Under the pieces are notes generated by a model. That model was given only the letters and a program-made list of their open reading frames with translations. It ran no database searches and was not told the origin of the DNA. A DNA stretch of 64,000 bases, counting the filler, from Asterionella formosa (taxonomy: Eukaryota), in NCBI GenBank assembly GCA_002256025.1. It is 17 parts of 17 records of this genome, joined end to end, with 100 filler letters (N's around TTAATTAATTAA, not from the genome) between each part and the next. Parts side by side here need not be neighbours in the genome. Positions count along the whole stretch, not along the records: positions 1 to 31,111 come from NKIB01000750.1; 16 more parts are not named here. One strand, given 5' to 3'. A program made the position numbers and the translations under genes. Positions 1 through 13,245 of the stretch are shown here, piece after piece. Positions within the stretch are counted from its first letter, which is position 1. Each line of letters begins with the position of its first letter.

Positions 1-522
1 AACTCACACTGATCTTCCTCTACATTCAATTGACATTGCAGCAAACCCTTTCAGTGAAGGAGCATTCGCATGCCGTTCCGAATGAGCAGGCTTTATTTCA
101 TTAATGAAACTCTTCAATTTAGTTGAATGAGCTCCAGAAAATTACGTAAACAAATTTAACACATTAAGTGAACTTTATTCTAGAATTATGTGAACGAAAT
201 TACAGAATTACGTGAAGGATTTCAAATAATTATGTGAAGTATTTCAAATAATTATGTGAAGTATTTCAAATAATTATGTGAAGTATTTCAAATAATTATG
301 TGAAGTATTTCAAATAATTATGTGAAGGTGATCACATAATATAGTGATGATCAGGAATGCATGCATGATACTTTGATCAAATATTTAACGTGATGTATTC
401 AGATAATATATAGACATGTTCAACTACGTATTTTGATGTATTCAACTAATTCATGTGATGCATTCAAAATCAACTAGGCTTATTTACGTGATGGTCACTT
501 CACGCAATACGCGGCTTAGATG
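1..522. mobile_element. Terminal part of a DNA transposon of the 'CATCTAAG'-ended family; the element extends left out of the window
   Basis: Bases ~180-522 (ending CGCGGCTTAGATG) are the reverse complement of 29931-~30240. Related termini occur at 35641 and 52721. Subterminal tandem repeats are present. The superfamily is unproven (CACTA/Plavaka-like by inference). Confidence 0.7.
212..327. repeat. 22-bp tandem repeat (GTGAAGTATTTCAAATAATTAT), about 5 copies, subterminal to the transposon end
   Basis: Units start at 212, 234, 256, 278 and 300. The inverted copy near 30127-30175 has about 2 units. Confidence 0.95.
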
Positions 523-704
523 AAGGAACAGGTGGATTTGACTGATTTTTGCTGTGGAGTGACCAGCAGGTCTAACAGTGAATGTTGAGCATGAAAAAGA
601 GTTGAGGAGGTGTAAGCGAAAGAAGCGGCAGTGTCCAAAGAGGACATGGTGACTGAGGAGGGTGTCAGCAGCAGCGCTACAGACTGCCGACGTAGGCTAA
701 GTAC

Positions 705-3152
705 TAAGCAAATAGAGGAAAGTTGGGATTTTAACCCAGAAAGTTCGATGTTGCGATGTTGAGACTATGGAGAATGCATAGCTATAGGACGAAGTAACTT
801 CCGCGACTTGGTTTAAAAATGCATTTGACAATTCTCCTGCATCAGAAAATGGAGTGTTGAAGGCCAGACAGGGTGTTTATTTGTTGCCCTAGCAGTTTTC
901 AGTGATGGTTCACCTATTGATAAACAAATGAAACATTCCGAGCATGCGTTTTTGTTGACGATGTTAAACTTAATGTTAGAAGGAAGGGAAAAAGGTTGAT
1001 GGATGGCAATTGGTATCACTATTGCCAGATATGATTGAAGTCAGTGATCTGGAGAAACAAATGAATAATAAGTTATCTGGTGACAACTTGTCATTTTGTC
1101 GACTCAAATTATACCATTCTGTTACAGGAGTTCTATTGTCGCCTTTCGAAGAGCGATCAAAACAAGTCATACGATGTTTGGTTTCATGATCTTGGTCTGA
1201 CAAAAGTTTATTTCCAGATTGGAATGATCATTGGTGATACAGAAGAGCGCAAAAAAATTCTGGTTTCAGGGGTGGTAATGGATTTTCATATCGACGATAT
1301 GTTTGTTGTGATTGCCTGGTTTCAACAGAAGATGCTGATAATCCCGCCCGATATTGGATGTGAACGTCGTGAAGTGTCAAATGTTAAAAAAATTTTAAAC
1401 AAATTTCTTGACAAAAATGCATATCCCGATGGAAAATTACCATGTATCCCACCTGAGTATCGTGTCTCCCAATCTAATGGCAAATACGCAACAGCAGAAG
1501 AATTATTTGATGCAACTCGCTCCATTTGAGGTTCTTCATCAATTACTACTTGGAATATTAAGTAAATTTTGGAATCATTGTACAATTATCGGACTATCCC
1601 TGAAGAATGGACATTTTTTTTTGAAAGAAAGAAAATCTCTAGATATTCCAGAGAACATCTCTGATCAGAAACGTATCACTGAAACATGCAGATCTGGGAT
1701 GACAGCTTTCTCAAAAATGTCAGGGCAAGAAATTCCCGGATTATGTCTGTTAACTATTTTTTCAATGGGTGGAATGATGGGTTCAGAGAACATGCACCTA
1801 GAAAAGGATTTCACATTGCTGTTATGGTTATGTATTTCTATAATGACACTTTATTCATACCGCAGTATGCATCAACATGTATTGATATTTTAGAGGAAAG
1901 GGTTAAGAGATTTATGTCATGACGAAGATTATGATTGATCCCCAATGGGAAATGATATCTCAAATTGGCTTAGAAATGGCAAAATTTATGGAATGAAACA
2001 TTACCCTCATCTGACTAGGAAGTTCGGATCTCCTCTTAATTTCTTTGGTGGATATTTGGAGTCTTTTTTGAAAGACAAATTGAAACGAGCGACCCAGTAA
2101 GCGTGTCAATGGACAATTACATCGATTAAAGCATGACATTTTGCTTAACAAGGCAGTTTTCCTTGGCACGTAAAATTGTTTTTGCAAGTGATACATTACA
2201 TACAGAAAACAAACAAAAGAAGATGAGTACAGTAGTACATATGAACGTAACTGAGGGTATTTCAACAGGAATTGATTCCGAGGGAATGATTCAAGATACA
2301 AGGATGTTGCCTAGTACGTCACTTGATAATTTGGGAATATCGCCTACCAAGATCCATTCACCAGCCCTTCCTGTTAAAGTTCAATTCTCTGCTTCATCAT
2401 CAAATGGTCTATGGACTATAGCAGGTGTCCCTAATAAGATTGGGCATGTATCACGGAGTAAGGATGCACCCTTCTTGTCTCAATTGGTTCATCCTGATTT
2501 ACCGAAGGGGGCCAACTACGCAAAGAGCATTGCGAATTCAGCAATAGAAGTAGGAAGAATAAAAAGTCTTGAAGATGGGGTTGGGCCTGGCGCTGTTTCC
2601 ATTTTAAGGATTGACTTTTATTATCATGTTATTGAAAGTAACGTTCCCGGCCAAACTAATATTTTCAGATGCCATCAGCCATCCGAAATGGAATAATGAT
2701 TCAAATTCAGGAATGCATCTCTGGTCGTGAGTGGTTTGACTGGGTTGAAGTGGCTGAACTGGGAGAAAGGCGATGGATCAAGTTCCTACACAGTTCCAGC
2801 AAAACTACTTCTTTGGGGAAATGTTATTTTCTCCAACACAACAACCATTCTCTTAGCGTGTATTCGTTCCTTGAAAAGTTCAACTGAAATCATGAAAATT
2901 CATAGACGTATGGTTTTTGCAAGAGGAGACACCTTATGCAATGATACAACTGAATTGAGCGTTGTTGAATTTCATAACATACTTTCGGCAGCATTTGTTG
3001 TTCCTGCTTTGAAACCACAGGAATCAAGGAAATCTCTGAAACCGCAAGAAGTTTTGGAACAGATACGGAAAGATAATTTTTATGTTGCCATGCATCCACA
3101 TCATTTTTGGAAAACAATCGGGTGGGACCAAAAACTAATAAGCGAACGTTGA
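705..3152 (+). pseudogene. Degraded Plavaka/CACTA-like transposase, broken by frameshifts and stops
   Basis: Motifs appear in the expected order across frames: DEVTSATWF, SDGSPIDK, GMIIGDTEE, PFEVLHQLLLG, RSGMTAFSKMSGQE, HGMKHYPHLTRKFGSPLNFFGGYLESFLK, FRCH...WFDWVEV...PAKLLLW. These match my recollection of Plavaka-type (PF18759-like) transposases. Confidence 0.65.
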
Positions 3153-3239
3153 TAAATATACAAGAATAATATAAATAATAGTGATAATATAGTTTCACAT
3201 ACTAGTTAAGCTATTAGAAGGTTATCACAAACTAAAATG

Positions 3240-5490
3240 TCCTGTGGAATGATGAGATTGGATGATCCCAATGGTCCATTATTTGTTCTTTTTCACTCCT
3301 TAAGAACCTAAGATGGTCCTTCTCGTTTCGTCCGAAATTTCTCTTTTCCACTTTTCAACTGCAGTTCGATATGAGCGAATCTGTAAACTTTTTCAATTCG
3401 GTTCCAGAAGGGCTATCATATCATCAGTTACAAAATATTTTTTCAACATTTTGTCAATTTTGATGCATCCAGAAATTTGGCCAAGAGGTGCATGAGTATA
3501 CCATTTAAAGGGAGAAAATTTTTCAATCATTTGTTGAATCATGGCTTTCACGTTGACAACATCATCCTTCTTGAAAGATGAATTGCAAGGAAGTTTTCCA
3601 AATACTTTGTTCAACATTTTTAAATCTGAATAGGTACTCAAAATTTTGTCGATACAAAATTGAAGAACAGTTATTTCCAACTGAAACATATCCTCATGAA
3701 TATTTGTCGTTTTCACTTGAGGCCAAACTGTTCCAAGATGAAAGTATGTTGACTTGGTTGGTGGGTCACATGTAACAGATAACAAATCGTCTGTTCGATC
3801 AGTTGCTACCACCTGACATTTCAAAACATTCCAGGACTCTGTCTCCAAACGGAATTGTGCCCGGTTGCCAAAATATTTGGCTGAATTTGCCATTCCTTTC
3901 TTGTTGCAATAGAGTTTCCAATACTTTCACAATTGTAAATGGTCCACATGACCATGCACTATCATCTTCTGGTTGAAATAACATGGAATAATTTTCTTTG
4001 GCCATAATGATATGCAATGGTGCCGTGCTTTGCTTGGTAACAGTTATAGAAGATTCCGATAAACCAATTTCTTCAGGTGTATGGGATTCTTGTGGAAGAT
4101 ATCCTGTATCGGTGCAAAACAATTCCAATTGTTTCGTGCTTCCAGGGATGATGCAGTACTTCTGGGCAAGGTGAAATACTTGATCATAATGTTCATCCAA
4201 ACTTGCATCTTTTCCTGGATCACGGACTTGACATAATCAATCATTTATAGCAAAAGATAATGCACAAAATGGTTGTTTTCCTCCTCATCTGATCTTTTGC
4301 CATAAAAAATAAGCACATACAGTAGTAGTTACTGTCAAGATGAAGTGGATGACAATCACCTTGGTATATATACGGTTTGTTATTACTCTTTTCTGGGTTC
4401 TCATCCAGATCAAATATAACCTTTACATCAGTTTTATGAAGTTCATGAATTATATAATGGATCGTAGAGGTAATTGTTTCAAGGTCCCAATATGCAAGAT
4501 CTTTAAAGTCTTAAGATGATTTTTTGATACCTTTGACTTCATAAAATACAGTGGCGTGATTGCATATATCTTGTGGGGTATGTGTGTACAAATCTTTCCA
4601 CAATTTTAGTTGTCCATGCGTTTTCGGCAAACTCAAGGAAAATGCAGTTTGCTTTGGCATAATAACTCTACACATTTCACATGCCAAGCGACTCTTCACA
4701 AAAGTAGCTAGCTGCCTTCGGGATTGTTCTCGATGATTTTACAGAGAAATGCTAATCTTTTTCTTCCATGTATGATTTGGAAAAAGATTCAATTTTATGC
4801 TTCAGACTTTGTTCCCGACTCAGTGCATCAACTGCCTTAGCCAGCATCATATGTCTGTCATCATTGATCTTCTTGAATTCGAAGTCTTGATCTAGCTCGG
4901 ACATTTTCTTGAATATCCTTTCTTTTAGAAATGCAATAGTTTCTCTGCTTTAATTATGTTCATCTTGATGTTCTGGACGAATAGTGAGACATATTTCTTG
5001 GTTTTGCAACTTTTCAACCATTTCTACTTCAGAAGTGATGTCTCCGACATTTCCGCCGGTATTTTCATTCATCACATGAACTTGTTCGTCAAATGAATGA
5101 GAATCACTGAGTTATTCTTCATTATCAGCGATTTCAGGAGAATGAGGAGCAAAATACGACACTGGATGGAACTGTGACCCAGTAGGAATAGAGTCTTCAT
5201 CCGCGAAGAACAAGTGTTTGGGTTTCCTCTTCAAAAGCAATCTTTCCTTCTTTTTAATCTCTGCCACTTTTGTATTGACATACTTGCTTCATTATTTTTT
5301 TTGGAGTATTATGAATCTGTTCAAAATCATCTGATCTTTGATTGTATTCAAAGGAATCTTCGATTGATTTCACAAGTTTCTTCATCTTCTTTTCCGAAAA
5401 CATAAAGTCGTGTAGTGTAAACAATGGAAGTAAGTCATGTTTCTTGTTTGACTGATCCTTTCCATGAAATCCGTTAAATGCCATTTGGAA
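3240..5490 (-). pseudogene. Fragmented coding sequence convergent on the Plavaka-like gene; possibly its accessory ORF
   Basis: A chain of overlapping protein-like minus-strand ORFs (3393-3893, 3799-4200, 4044-4244, 4511-4699, 5254-5484). No recognisable domain. Confidence 0.3.
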
Positions 5491-5674
5491 AGCAAGTTGT
5501 CAAAGGGCCAGAAGACTATGATGTAAAACAGTGGAAGGGAAACGCGGAGCTTTTTGCGGCGCTTGTGGAGGTGCAGCTGATGTGATGGTAATCGAGTGTA
5601 GTAATTGTTGAACAGAGAACAGCAGTGTAATATGCATGTTCCGCCAGCGTAGTGTTTACACAATACACATGCCG

Positions 5675-5914
5675 GCATATATATAGCTATAGCAAGGAAA
5701 AACGACATGACAAGGAACATGATGGCTGGTTGTTGAGGATACCGGTATGGTATGTGATATGCTTCAATCCATATCACAAATCATATCATAGTGATGTACA
5801 TATGAACGCATCCGTATACTTAGATCCTATCCACCGTATAATACTATCATATTAACTGTTGGCTTTTACTGTATACATTAGAAGTCGAATTTATATATTA
5901 AGTAACATACTTTA

Positions 5915-5945
<31 letters not shown>

Positions 5946-7058
5946 CTATGATGTATTGATAACACTTGTGTACATATTTTATCATATTTTATTATCATTT
6001 TATTAATTTAACATGATCATATTTTGATCAAAATTATATCATAAACATTTTAAAAAATCATAATAGTTCTATGATCAATGTATCATTGCTATGTGATATA
6101 CTTTATTCAATATTACGTATCATACTTTGGTGATGTATGCATCGATGTAACTCTATTGTGATATCACATTATCATCTTATCAATCATGATGAGATTATTG
6201 GGAACTGTTTTCTGCATTGTACTTTGGAAAATGATATTATTACACGCACTTTTGTTGCTAAGTCACTCCTGTAATGTACACAAGTCGACAGTGCACATAC
6301 ACACACGCTAACCAGGTTTGAGGCAACGGACAGTGGTCCCAACGAGCGAATGACGATACCACGGGTACAAATTTTTCCAGCGGCAAACCGCAATGATGAA
6401 GGAAACTTGTCCCTCTATTGATGAGGATGACACGGACACCGACTTTTCCAGGAGCAAACAACAATGAAGAGAGCCAGGCCACTTGTCGCTCTATTGATGG
6501 TAACAAAGATGCGGACAAGTTCAACAGTGAATAAAAGAACAACATACAAATGAAAACAATAACAAAGATGCGGACAAGTTCAACAGTGAATACAAGAACA
6601 ACATATCAATGAAAATAAGTCGGCAGTGTGTGTACGCACACGCCAAGCAGATTTGAGGCAATGGACAGTTCCACCCGGACAGTTCCAACAAGCAAATGAC
6701 GATATGGATATCAAATATTTCCTACGAGCAACCAACAATAAAGTGAGCCACTTGCTTTCGATCTCTTGATGGCATCAAAGATGCGGACAAGTTCAATAGT
6801 AAAGACAAGTACAGCATGCCAAATGCAGAAACGAGCGACATGAAAAAGAAATTGTAATTAGAATCATTCCATAACTATAGCTATGTGGACAGTAGTCTGT
6901 TACATTTTCGTATCTCCTTCTATGCTGAATCTCAATAGTAGATGTAGTATCATGTGAGAATTGAAAATGTCAACGAGAACAAGTAGAATGTGTTTGGTTA
7001 CGGGATGATTGGCGAAATTGTCATGCTGAAGTCGTCGAAACGGATTTACTTTGTGCGC
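5675..7058 (+). repeat. Dispersed ~1.4-kb non-coding repeat R1, copy 1
   Basis: Colinear with 42086-43422 and with 38260-38863 (inverted). It has an AT-rich 5' half and internally repeated modules such as GATGCGGACAAGTTCAA and TTTGAGGCAACGGACA. Confidence 0.9.
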
Positions 7059-8005
7059 TGTTTGCGGAACCATAACGAGTTCGAATGATTTCTTCTCTGT
7101 AAACTCTTAATTGAATGATTATGAACAAAGGTTCACTGCACATAACAATTACTCAAAGATATAATGATCACTTGACTAACAATTGAAGACGTCGCTATTG
7201 CAAACAATCATTCCACTTGTCATCGCTAGTATTTCGTTGTTGTTGCAAAAATCGGAGTGATGATGGATGGAAATGACGAGCCAAATTACATTACTTTAGC
7301 TGGTACATTATCCTACCAAGAAATTCAAATACAGGAATCTAATAGAAACAATACATACAATAATTAAATATATGTAGTCAAAAGGGTTTCTATTTAAATT
7401 ACAAGGGCATTTATCAAAATTATTACATGATGGTGCAAGGTACCGGTACGTCATTATTGTAAAAAAATGAACGAACAAAATTATTTTTAAGTAATATGAT
7501 AATCTGAACATTGTTATTCATAATTTAATTATACTTGTATCATTTCTAACATGAAAGTATGGTCTGTAATTGATAAAGTCTGATTTCTATATCCTCTACT
7601 TTTGATCTAAGCATATTGATCATATGAAAAAAGATGTCATTTATATGAGAAAATGAAGCATCTAATCATTATTTGATTTGTACCATAAGAAAATGCTTTA
7701 TGGCTCCCGCTAATTGAGGGGCTTAATAAAATCATTGACTTGTAGGTACAATATTTGTTATGGCAAAAATTCAAAACAGTAAATCAGGTCGTGCAAAACA
7801 ATGATATCATCATAAATGGTATGTATTTCAATTTTTAACTGATGATGGTAGTATTCACATGATGTGCAATATAAAGTGTGTTTTGAACTATGCAAGTATT
7901 CAGCTGTATAAAGATAGCATGTTTATAGCCTAGTCGTACTCACCTATTTCTAGACAAGTATTTCATTGTGCTATCTGCTGACAAGACCTGTGCTTCCCTA
8001 GTTTT

Positions 8006-8235
8006 GTTAGTGTAGGCGAGTCCCCAACCGCCTTTCGCGAAAGGTGATAGTCTTAGCCGCAGCATCAGGGCGAAACTCCGACCACCTAGGAAGGCGGTAC
8101 AAGCTGCTCGAAGGGGGAGGGTCAACCCACTATTTCTTGCGCACCAGGCGAGACTGAGCGGGATGGTAAGGAGTGTGGGAGTCGAACCCAACAATTGTTT
8201 CTAATGAAAACTGCGGGGATCGAACCTCACAACCC
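8006..8235. ncRNA. Candidate structured RNA or tRNA-derived SINE (unclassified)
   Basis: GC-rich island in AT-rich DNA with several nested helices. Two B-box-like motifs lie on the minus strand (GGTTCGATCCC and GGTTCGACTCC). No full tRNA cloverleaf. Confidence 0.35.
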
Positions 8236-8349
8236 TTCGAAACCTCATGATGTATGAATTTGTACCTAATCCTATGCTGGTAATATTTTGTGTAGGGATT
8301 ATCATAAAAATCAAGATGAGCCAATCACATCACTCATATGTGTATTGGA

Positions 8350-8612
8350 CCAGAATTATTACAAACATGAAATATTTCTGGACCAAGCAGTCAAAAATGA
8401 TTTGATGAACACTTCCTGCAAGCCAACAGCATCAGGACCATCACCAGCAATTGAGCCTCCAGTAGCATTCAGCTTGACAATCACAGCAAAACAAGCTTGC
8501 TACTTGCAGCTTTGATCAGTATTGAAGTACCTCTCAGACCAAGGATATTGCCATCCCCAATGTCATTGGCATTCCTTGCATTGATGTTCCAAGATTGGTG
8601 ACTGGTCATAAT
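8350..8612 (-). pseudogene. Possible remnant of an endonuclease/exonuclease/phosphatase (APE-like) domain N-terminus
   Basis: Minus-strand translation gives SWNINA followed, after a frameshift, by PDAVGLQEV, resembling the first two EEP motifs. Confidence 0.25.
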
Positions 8613-9209
8613 ATTATTATAGCATAAATTTATTAACAAATATAATAAAATAATATGCTTGTTATTTTTCTGTAGACATTAAATATTTGGGAGTGTTGCG
8701 ACAGATGTACTACATAGTTTGAGTAGTCTTAAAGCACTTAATATCAGTGAAGTTAAATTTTTAATTGATGACCATGACTAGTAGTTACGCGTTGCTTACT
8801 GACTATGACTTGAAGTTTCAGAATAAGTCTAGAAGTTACTAGCTATAACTAGAAGTTTCTGAATAGGACTAGAAGGTGCTGATTGCCAAACCCATTCAGC
8901 AAACTGTCCTCCAGTTGCTGAATATCACTTGGAATTGGTGAACACAATTTGGATTAGCAGAACATGTATGACAAATTACTTAAGCAAGTTTGAAATCAAA
9001 AGCCAGCTTATCTCTTCCAGCAGGCATTGTATGGATCATTGAGAGAAAGTCAAAATTGAAGAGGTCCACATAAACATTTCTTACTGGACCTTCCAGACAA
9101 GTATTATTCCTATTGAGCTATCACTGTAAAGGAAAGACATTAACAACTAAAAACTAACTGACCCATTTTGTTGAACCCCTCACACAAATCCCCATAAAAC
9201 ATCGACATG

Positions 9210-9367
9210 TCTCCACTACACAAAACTTCCTAGAATGTAACGCGCCACAAATATGAACAATCCTCTTGGAAGATGCTACTTGCAGACATCTCCACTATAC
9301 AAAGCTTCCTGGAATGCAACACACCACAAATGTGAACAATTCGCTTGGAAGATGCTACTTGCAGACA
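9210..9367. repeat. 79-bp tandem duplication directly 3' of the lipase stop codon
   Basis: 9210-9288 and 9289-9367 both read TCTCCACTA...TTGGAAGATGCTACTTGCAGACA with scattered substitutions. Confidence 0.9.
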
Positions 9368-9371
9368 CCTT

Positions 9372-12314
9372 TTAACTTGGTGGAACCCAACCAGAGCTTT
9401 CAATCAATGATGCGCACACCTCTTGAAATGTTTCAGTGACCCCTGCCTTTGGCGTGGGTTCAGGGTAACCGAATTCTGTAACACAGTCACAGAGAGCAGG
9501 ACGGTCTCTAGTGCCACATGTGAAAATAATTTCGCATAAAGAGCGTCTTCCATCATGACAACCGGCAAAGTCGTTATTAGGTGCTGTGCAATCGATCTTT
9601 TGGAAAAGGCGGGCAACATCATCCAATCGAGGAACTATGTCTCGATCAGGAATAATGTTGAAGACTACATTGTTCAAAGCTTCAATGGTAAGTGGAGGGT
9701 TAAAAGTGTTGCGGGAGATCAAAGCATTTGGACCACTCAAGGCCACGGCTGGTGTATCTGTCTGGGCACCAGTAATTATGGAGAGACCTCCACCCAAGGA
9801 ATGTCCAGTGATCTGAACGTTGTCATACATACTTGAGTTCTTCAAGTATTGGACAAATGCTGTAGTTTGCTTGTAGAAAGCAACTCGTTCGATTGATGCA
9901 GACTCAAGCCAGGAAACCATTTGGACCATGACGTCGAGGATTGGAGTCCATATTGTACCAAGTGGCAGCAACAAGCGAAGAAATTGAAAAAGGCCAGCAG
10001 AGCTCCAGAGCTGAGCATCAGTGAGAGCGTCCCATGCATTTGTTGTCCCACGGACGGAAACCAAAGCAAGATTCGATGTTGGGAATACGATAAGCTTGTA
10101 AGAGACTGCAGAAGTAACGTCATTCGCGGCGCGATAAGAGTTAACCAAATCTTGCATGTCCACAGCGGTTTCATTGCCTGTACTATTACCAAACCATTGA
10201 TCGAGCTGGCCTTGAGTTATGTTGGGAGCGCGGTCTGAGGAGGAAAACGAATGTTAGAAGTGAAAAAATCAACCAAATAAGCAAATCACCAACTACTCAG
10301 ATCACGCACAGGCAAGAACAGCAACGAAGGCGAAGTCAGCAATGGCCGTTTGGGAGCTTCCAAGAGACTCAATACCCTTGCCAATTGTGCACGTGGGGTA
10401 TGCAAGATCGGCAGCTTGAATGTACTCGAAGTTGGGCATGTAAATGAATTCGAAATCCGACGAAGTGTCAGACTGCTGAGAAATGGCGAGCCCAAAGAGT
10501 CCGAGAAAGGCCAGAAGGAAAATGCAGAGAAGCGAAGTCCACGCCCCCTGGCTACGACTTCGCGAAATATCTTTAATGATTGTGTTAAGGCGAGACTGCT
10601 TCAACCATTTCTCTTGGGATGTCGTTCCACGAATTAAGTCCATGTTCCCAACTTCTTCGAGGACAAGCGCGGCGTTGAGGAATTCCCTGAGACCAGAAAA
10701 TACAGCAACGAAGAGGAAAAGGATTGCAATTGCATAGTTTCCAATGAAAAAGAGGGAAACAGCAGGATAAATAAAAAACAAGAGGCATTCAAAAACATAA
10801 AATAGCCAGCACAACCGTGCTGTGGCGCAAGTTACGCGATAGGTCTCCCAAACTTGATAGACACCTTCGCTAGCGTCTTCTTTGAACTTTCGCACACTTT
10901 CCTCTTCCTCTTCATCGACTTCGTCAGTTTTTTGGTTATTCTTCATCGCAAACGCAATGTCCTTGGTCAATTGATAAATACGGTAAGAAACCCTAAATCC
11001 AGGAATCATTCCAAATATCAGCACGAGCATCACGATTAAAGCTACTCCTCCCGCAGGCAGACCCAACCAAACCAAAGCACCTGCCAACAAGAGCAAAACC
11101 ATCATATTGCCGATGATAGCACAAACAAAGGAAGATCTCATCTGTGAAACGGTTAGAGATTCGGGTCCTTTGATCATCGCCACATATCGAGAATTACGAG
11201 GACGACAATACAACTTCTCCAACGACCAATTTTTGGCAGTCACAAAGGGGCGAACTCCTCGCGCATCTTCGACAGTGTATGTGCGAATAGGCTCTTCGAG
11301 TTTCTTGAACAGACCAAGGCCACCATCCGTCGAAAGGTACTTCGATGTCGTTAACTTGCTAAAGAAGCTCATCGTCGTGTGATGATTGGCTTCAACAAGG
11401 TGGCCACTCTGGTCTTCACCAGCGGAATCCTGAATAGTACCCGAAGCGAGGTACACAGTCTGTTGAGATCCAGAAAATTTGGCAGTTTGACGCAACAACA
11501 CACTTCGTTTGAAGAGCTGTGGATATGAATCATCATCGTCATTGTATCGATTCTTCATGATATCCAAACACGCACGATTCTCAAACCACACAATGGTGGC
11601 AGCAAAGATAAGATAAAAAGCGAAAACGCAGGAAAACCAAGTCAAGGAAGTAATCGACCACCAATAATCATATCCTGAGAACAATGCACCAGCCATGACT
11701 AAAACAGGGATACCAAGAAAGATGAAAAAGGATATCCATTCAGTCAGAACGCCATTGAAACTACCGAACACAAAGCGCTTCACCAACGGATGTCCATTCC
11801 AAGTATCTTTCACGTAGTGGCCCGCAATAACGAGCGCTGAAGCCAAGCCACGCACATAGACAGGAAGCGATAGGAGAACACCAATGGCTCGACTAACGTT
11901 GACGTCAGACTTGTTAGTAGCACCGCATTCAACAGTGAGGTCAATGACGAGAAAGAGAAGCAACTCAAGGCAAAACACGAGGAGAAAGCCAGTGAAGAAC
12001 AGAGTCACCAAGGTATAGGTAGCTCTGAGGCCTTGCAACGCTCCTGAGGTATCATTCATTTTCTTTGCCACAATCGTCCTGTTACCGCTGTTGTCCACGT
12101 CTTCTTCAAGAACAAACTGAGAGGAAGAAGAAGAGAAGACTTTCACAGTATTTTTCGAAGACCGGAATCGAATATTGCTAGACGGCACTTCAAGAGAAAA
12201 ATGGTCTTGAACGCGATGAAGAGCTCGGGAGCCGTGGATTGCTGAGGCCAGAGAATGAGGCGCCGGAGCTGCCTTCTCCACAACCTCAAAGCTTTCCTCT
12301 GGCTCTTGTTCCAT
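9372..12314 (-). CDS. Multi-transmembrane protein with a C-terminal class-3 lipase domain; 2 exons (12314-10310, 10234-9372)
   Basis: A GT..AG intron at 10309-10235 joins the two long ORFs in frame (...VLAY/RAPNITQ...). Lipase motifs VSVRGT, ITGHSLGGG, DIVPRLD and a C-terminal His are present. The N-terminal part has many hydrophobic helices. Confidence 0.9.
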
Positions 12315-12569
12315 TTTCACTATCGCACAAGATAAGTGGTTCAATAAAAACTACGGTTGTAACAACCAACAACAGCAAGGCAGCAAAATCTCAGATTGCT
12401 GGTTGACACCCTAAACGGAAGGATGTATATTTTATGACAGGAGTCGCATACGGTAAATGTTCTCATTTGTCCGTCGCGCTCGTACACCAAATTACCTTCG
12501 TAAAAATGGTATTTGCATAGCAGTACTGTAGACTGTAGAATACCTAAATCCATATACAGGTAATGCCAC

Positions 12570-13245
12570 ACCACCGGTAAGCATGATGTCCCTACCGGTG
12601 GTCCGTTTGACACCTGGTAGGTTGTACCAGGTACCTCATAGTAGCTGAAAGATGTATGCTCAACAGTTCAGTTCCCTGGTATGTGCCGGTAACTGTGCGT
12701 AACATCAATGATGACAAATTAAAAAAAAATTTGAAAACGCAGTAAGAGTTGTACCAGCTGCGTGTTTCTATAAAAAAGCAATTCTGTATGTACACAGACG
12801 AATCTTGTTCCAGTCGCGGCAAATTTAAATGTATAATCAGCCGCCCAGCAGCCAGCCTTGCGGGAATGCGTGCCCAAAATTTGTTAATATCTGGCTGGCT
12901 GTCCTCCTTACCGGTATCCTGTTCCCTGGCTGACGACAGGACCATGGTACTGTACGAGCATGAGCTACCTGGTACTCCTACTACCGGTATACTGCCAGGG
13001 AGTACTGGTGCATGGTAGACTCCATGGTAGCTACCAGGTACCTGGTACCAGGTACTTGTACCTGGAACTCCCAGGTCCCCTGGTGATATAAACCTTGTAC
13101 GGTACCGGTACCAACTGGTACCAGTACCGAGTACCTGGTACCTTGTACCATCCTCAGAGGATACAATTATAAGCTACTGTTCCTGATAGTATCATAGTGT
13201 ATGATACTCCTGCATAGTAATTATAGCCGCTGGTATACCGGTACA
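12570..13245. repeat. Cluster of TACC(A/T)GGTA / TACCGGTA motifs (GGTACC-rich low-complexity tract)
   Basis: Dense runs such as CTACCAGGTACCTGGTACCAGGTAC at ~13030-13055. Similar clusters lie at 15985-16530, 26985-27012, 32120-32165 and 49500-49560. Confidence 0.85.

Noticed and set aside
700..5500. Endogenous giant-virus or Polinton gene cluster
   Set aside because: The plus-strand ORFs are better explained as frameshifted pieces of one transposase. No capsid, packaging ATPase or polB motifs were seen.
8006..8235. Hammerhead, HDV or twister ribozyme, SRP RNA, RNase MRP, group I intron, or TnpB/Fanzor omega-RNA
   Set aside because: Only partial motif resemblances (GGCTAAG, GAGTCCCC, CCGCAGC, GGGGAGGGTCAA). 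Required core elements are missing or out of order, and I recognised no RuvC-type ORF anywhere in the window.
8160..8260. tRNA gene(s) on the minus strand
   Set aside because: Only T-loop/B-box motifs are present. I could not build acceptor, D and anticodon stems.
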